A DNA stretch of 64,000 nt from Nemertoderma westbladi (Eukaryota > Animalia > Xenacoelomorpha). The notes beneath the pieces were generated by a model. It ran no database searches. It was not told where the DNA came from and worked only from the letters and a program-made list of their open reading frames with translations. Both the position numbers and the translations under genes were made by a program. Shown one piece after another: positions 1-64,000 of this stretch (its first letter is position 1; every line of letters begins with the position of its first letter). Location: assembly GCA_032718475.1 (NCBI GenBank), contig JAUCBJ010006679.1, positions 1 to 64,000 of the forward strand, given 5' to 3'.

Positions 1-692
1 GTTATATACGACAAGATTATCCTTGGAAGGACCTTTATGATAATAATAGAATTAAGTTATTTCTGATAAATAGTTATCAGTTGAACTATGCGTTACACTG
101 CTGCCATCGCACTCGACCAGAGGGTTCTCTATGCGCAGTCAAAGGCCCATAGCTACGGTTAAAGTCGATATTTTTTATTAAGTGTTGTTATTTGTTTCAT
201 TCGAGAACAGGTGGCCAGAAAATCATGACTTTATATTTTTTCAAACTTGCTGTAAATAACTGCAGGTATCCTGAATTGCCTATCAAAGTAACTTTCAAAA
301 TTTGGCCTGAAAAATTGAATTTAAGAATTTTATTATTATGAATATTATATTACATCAAAATATTAGTATATTAGCAGAATACAGTTCTATGTTGTTATAG
401 AAACTAAATGTAGCAAAATTGTTTGGCGCATAGTCGTGAACATTCGACCATCTGTATCACATCAGATAATGGTGGTTTAATTAAGATTTCATAAAAGCCA
501 ATTTGAATGCACTGGGGCAACACATATATGTTTACTGCATTTTAGACAGTAATTGAATAACAAAGAATGAATATTCATGGCAATCAATGCACATTAAGTC
601 GATGTAACATATATCCCTTCACCTATAAAACATTTTTTTAGATATATCACCAGCTGTTCGTTCAGTAGTTGTACTTCAATTCCTTTAGTAAA

Positions 693-60753
<60,061 letters not shown>

Positions 60754-60787
60754 CTGGAAATAAAAATATATTTCACAACCGTTATAC

Positions 60788-60979
60788 AACACGTTCGTGG
60801 GGCCATCGCGCAGGACGAGACTCAGTTATCAGATACAGATTAAAATTGAGCAATTCTATCCCAAAATCGGTATCCCAAAAAAAAATTTCTTAAGTACCGA
60901 TTTTGGGGTAGAATTGCTCAACTTTAATCTGTATCTAATAACTGAGACTCATCCTGCGCGATGGCCCCACGAACATGTT
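60788..60979. mobile_element. Collapsed fold-back copy of the long-TIR element
   Basis: Only the two TIRs remain, separated by about 25 nt. Confidence 0.75.
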
Positions 60980-63900
60980 TCCCATCTAATAGGCGATATC
61001 AAGAATGCCAAGGAATGATGAGACTGGAAGTATAAAGTGATGGAATGCATTTTAACTTAATTACGTTTAGATCCATTAAAAACATATTTCTTAAAGCAAA
61101 TCTCTTGAACTAATTATAAACTATAATGGAATGGGGTATGGGTAGTGCAGTTATATAATTTTTAAGTATAATTATTTAAATCTTATACTAGAAAATAATT
61201 AATATCCTTTAAGGAGGCAGGTTGAAATTGCTGTTTTTACCCTAATCAACCTAATGGGGTAGACGACTCGGAAATTTTTTTTCGAGTTTTCGTTGGTTTC
61301 ATGTGAAAGAGCATGTGAAAAAACCCCAGAGAGCAATTTTACTTCAAAAAAATTAATATTTGCCGAGTTATAGCAATTTTAAAACGTAATATTAGCAACA
61401 TCGAAAAATCAGGCCGTTTCAAAAAACTGCACGAGTGACGTCAGCCATAACACAGCAACAGTTGTCAAGCGCAGTTGATTGGCTAATATAAAGTATAATA
61501 TTGCAGTATCTAAAATAAAACAAATAATAAATGTAGCTATGTATTTATTTGGATGTGTATTTGTGTTGTGTTAAGAATCGATTATAGGATAGCGTTATGG
61601 AGGTTACCCTAATCCACTTAATTAACTAATTAACTGCTAGTATCTTAGCTTCTCGAAGGCCACGCGAATATTCAACTTGGAAAATTTCTAAACTTTGGCC
61701 AAACTACATGTGTACCACGTTTGGATAAATTTCATTAACATATGGCTGAGTTATTAAAGTTTAAATTTGGACACAACAGAACGACAGAACAACAGAACAA
61801 CAGATCAACAGAACAACAGACACACCGATTGAGTTAGTGGTACCTGTATGCTAAGCTTGCTTACTTTCATCACTCGCCCCACAAAAAGCTTTCACTTGTC
61901 CCGTACTGCGAAGCTCAGCATTAGTTGAATGGACAGAACTTTCCACACCATCTGGTGTCTCAACTAAAATACATTGCATCTAATTGTTTTATTTATAAAT
62001 CTTTGATTGATGATTTTCCATAGGCTAACATTATAGTTTGAAATGTAAAAATCAATGCTTAATATCTTAATATCTTAATGCTTACACACTGTTGCATTAA
62101 AAATGTTTTATAGGTGAATGGCATTTAGCGGCTTCCCTTCAGACCATAGGCAAACATTGTTGAGGAAATTTACTTTAGTTTACTCTACTGTGCCATTCAG
62201 GTGAATGGATTTGAGTAATTGCCAAGTTACAGAGTGGAATCTCTCTCTCTGACCATAGGTAAATAACACTTTCCTTCAACTTTCCTGCAGACCATAGGCA
62301 AACATTGTTGATGGAATTTACATTTGATTGATGACATCCGACTTGCTTAACGGCGTCTTGACGCTGTCTCTAGTAAGAATTGTTCGCTGATTGAATAGGA
62401 ACCGACTGGTTACTTTCTGTAAGAATTGTTCGCTGATTGATTGATTGATTGATTGACTGGCTGGCTGACTGGCTGGCTAATCTACAGCCAAAACTACTCT
62501 AACGATTTTGATAAAATTTTCACAACGGCTAGATACCACGATTCTAAGGTCCCTGGCATGATCGGCTACTCTGTCCATAGCCTCTGGGTTCGAAAAATAG
62601 ACGTAAACGAAAAAATTCCATAGGCTCAATGATAAAAACACCAGCTGGAACTCATGAAAAATAGATAGAGATGGCCTAGAAATGCTATTCTATAGGAAGG
62701 GCCAACTAACAAGGAAGAACTTTCTGTGCCTAAGTAATATTCCACTCTACTCTACAACCCAGACAGAAAGCAAACATTAACAGCGTTAGTTTGTCATCTA
62801 TTACACCCTCAGCTGAATAACTCTGCCCAATGCATCCTATGGGAAGTTCTACAAGGTTACTCATTCTGGCGTGCATGCTGAATGACTGCTTGGATATTAT
62901 TGCACTGTACTGTACTCTCATCTAACAATAATTGTTTTATTTATAAACCTTTTGGCCAACATTAATACTATGGAGACTGTATGTTTAAAAGGCTGTATGT
63001 TTACCCAGCTTCATGATTCTCCATAGGCTAACATTATAGTTTGAAATGTAAAACTCACTGCTTATTATCTATATCAGGTTACTCACTGTTGATTGCAAAA
63101 TGTTTTATATGTGAGTGACATTTAGCGGCTAAATTACTCTGTCAGACTCCCCTTCAGAACATTGTGGAGGGAATTTACTTTGGTTTACTCTACTCTCATC
63201 TAATAATAATTAGTTTATTTAGAAATCTTTGGGCCAACATTAATACTGTAAGTCATAGAACAATTAAACCATCTGGTTTGGCAACTAAATTCCCTTGTCA
63301 CTACCTACCGCGTTGCTCAGCATTAGTTGAATGGGCACAACTTTCACACAATCTGTTGTCTCAACTAAAATACATTGCATCTACCTAGCAGGTAGTTTAT
63401 CACCTTAGCAGGTTAGCAGGTAGCAGGAAGTTGGTCGGACTTCCTGACTATCCGACAATCTGTCCGTCAAATATAAGTAAAGAGCGCGCCATCAAGCTAA
63501 AAGTATAGTTATAGGGATTTTCCTTGCCGCGGAGTTCATCTCGAATGCCAGTTTTAACATTTGATGACTTCCACAATGTCTGTTTGGCTCTCCGGCTGTT
63601 TTATTTTGACGTGCAGGACAGGCATATACAAACAGAAACGACGAGGCCAAATTTGAATACCAAGAAAACCGACAGAGGTAATTTTTAAGATATAGTACAG
63701 TAGTGACGGTGATGGACAGACCGACAGTCAAACGGACAAAGAACCATATCTTGAGACGTAAGACAGAGCATGCTAGGCTGCCCCCCCCCCCCCCCCCCCC
63801 CAACCCCTAACCCACAACATACAGGACTCTGGGACAAGGTACGGTTCTCCTACAGTGCTACACCCACGCCAGCACAGACTGCGCAATATTCTTTACTGGT

Positions 63901-64000
63901 ATAATGACAATTTTGCACAGTGTCTAAACACGCACCTCGGACAGTCGGACCTCGCACTTTAAATCGATATCGTGCAAAATTACAGTGTTTTTTTTTACTA

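Noticed and set aside
61900-64000. Signal-peptide exon of the astacin gene
   Set aside because: No convincing Met-hydrophobic stretch with a donor site; the region looks like repeat fragments, so the first exon is probably outside the window

Overview
Eukaryotic (invertebrate animal) genomic DNA. One host gene runs on the minus strand across almost the whole window (at least 15 GT-AG exons, 60753 to 693; the signal-peptide exon was not found). It encodes an atypical astacin (M12A) metalloprotease. The pro-region is built from repeated phase-0 micro-exons, each encoding a Pro-rich peptide ending in KR/RR. The catalytic domain has an intact HExxHxxGxxH but reads SVTHY at the Met-turn, and is followed by EGF-like, 2 ShK-like and 4 LDLa modules. 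The introns hold minisatellites (18, 23, 27, 33 bp and a complex 9/12-bp array), RTE and CR1/L2-group LINE fragments, a Harbinger relic, Helentron-like elements, and a tandem duplication of a two-exon block. The most unusual object is a 16.5-kb decayed BEL/Pao LTR retrotransposon (30693-47197). It has no tRNA-type PBS but an 11-nt PBS-position sequence complementary to its own LTR (candidate self-priming). Its LTRs carry arrays of conserved structured-RNA modules with unique spacers (K-turn/hammerhead-like and loop-E/GNRA hairpins), one of which recurs inside its ORFs. It also has a small ORF coupled to gag and an extra env-position ORF with a DEDDy exonuclease-like fold plus Zn knuckles. All calls were made by eye; no searches or folding programs were run.
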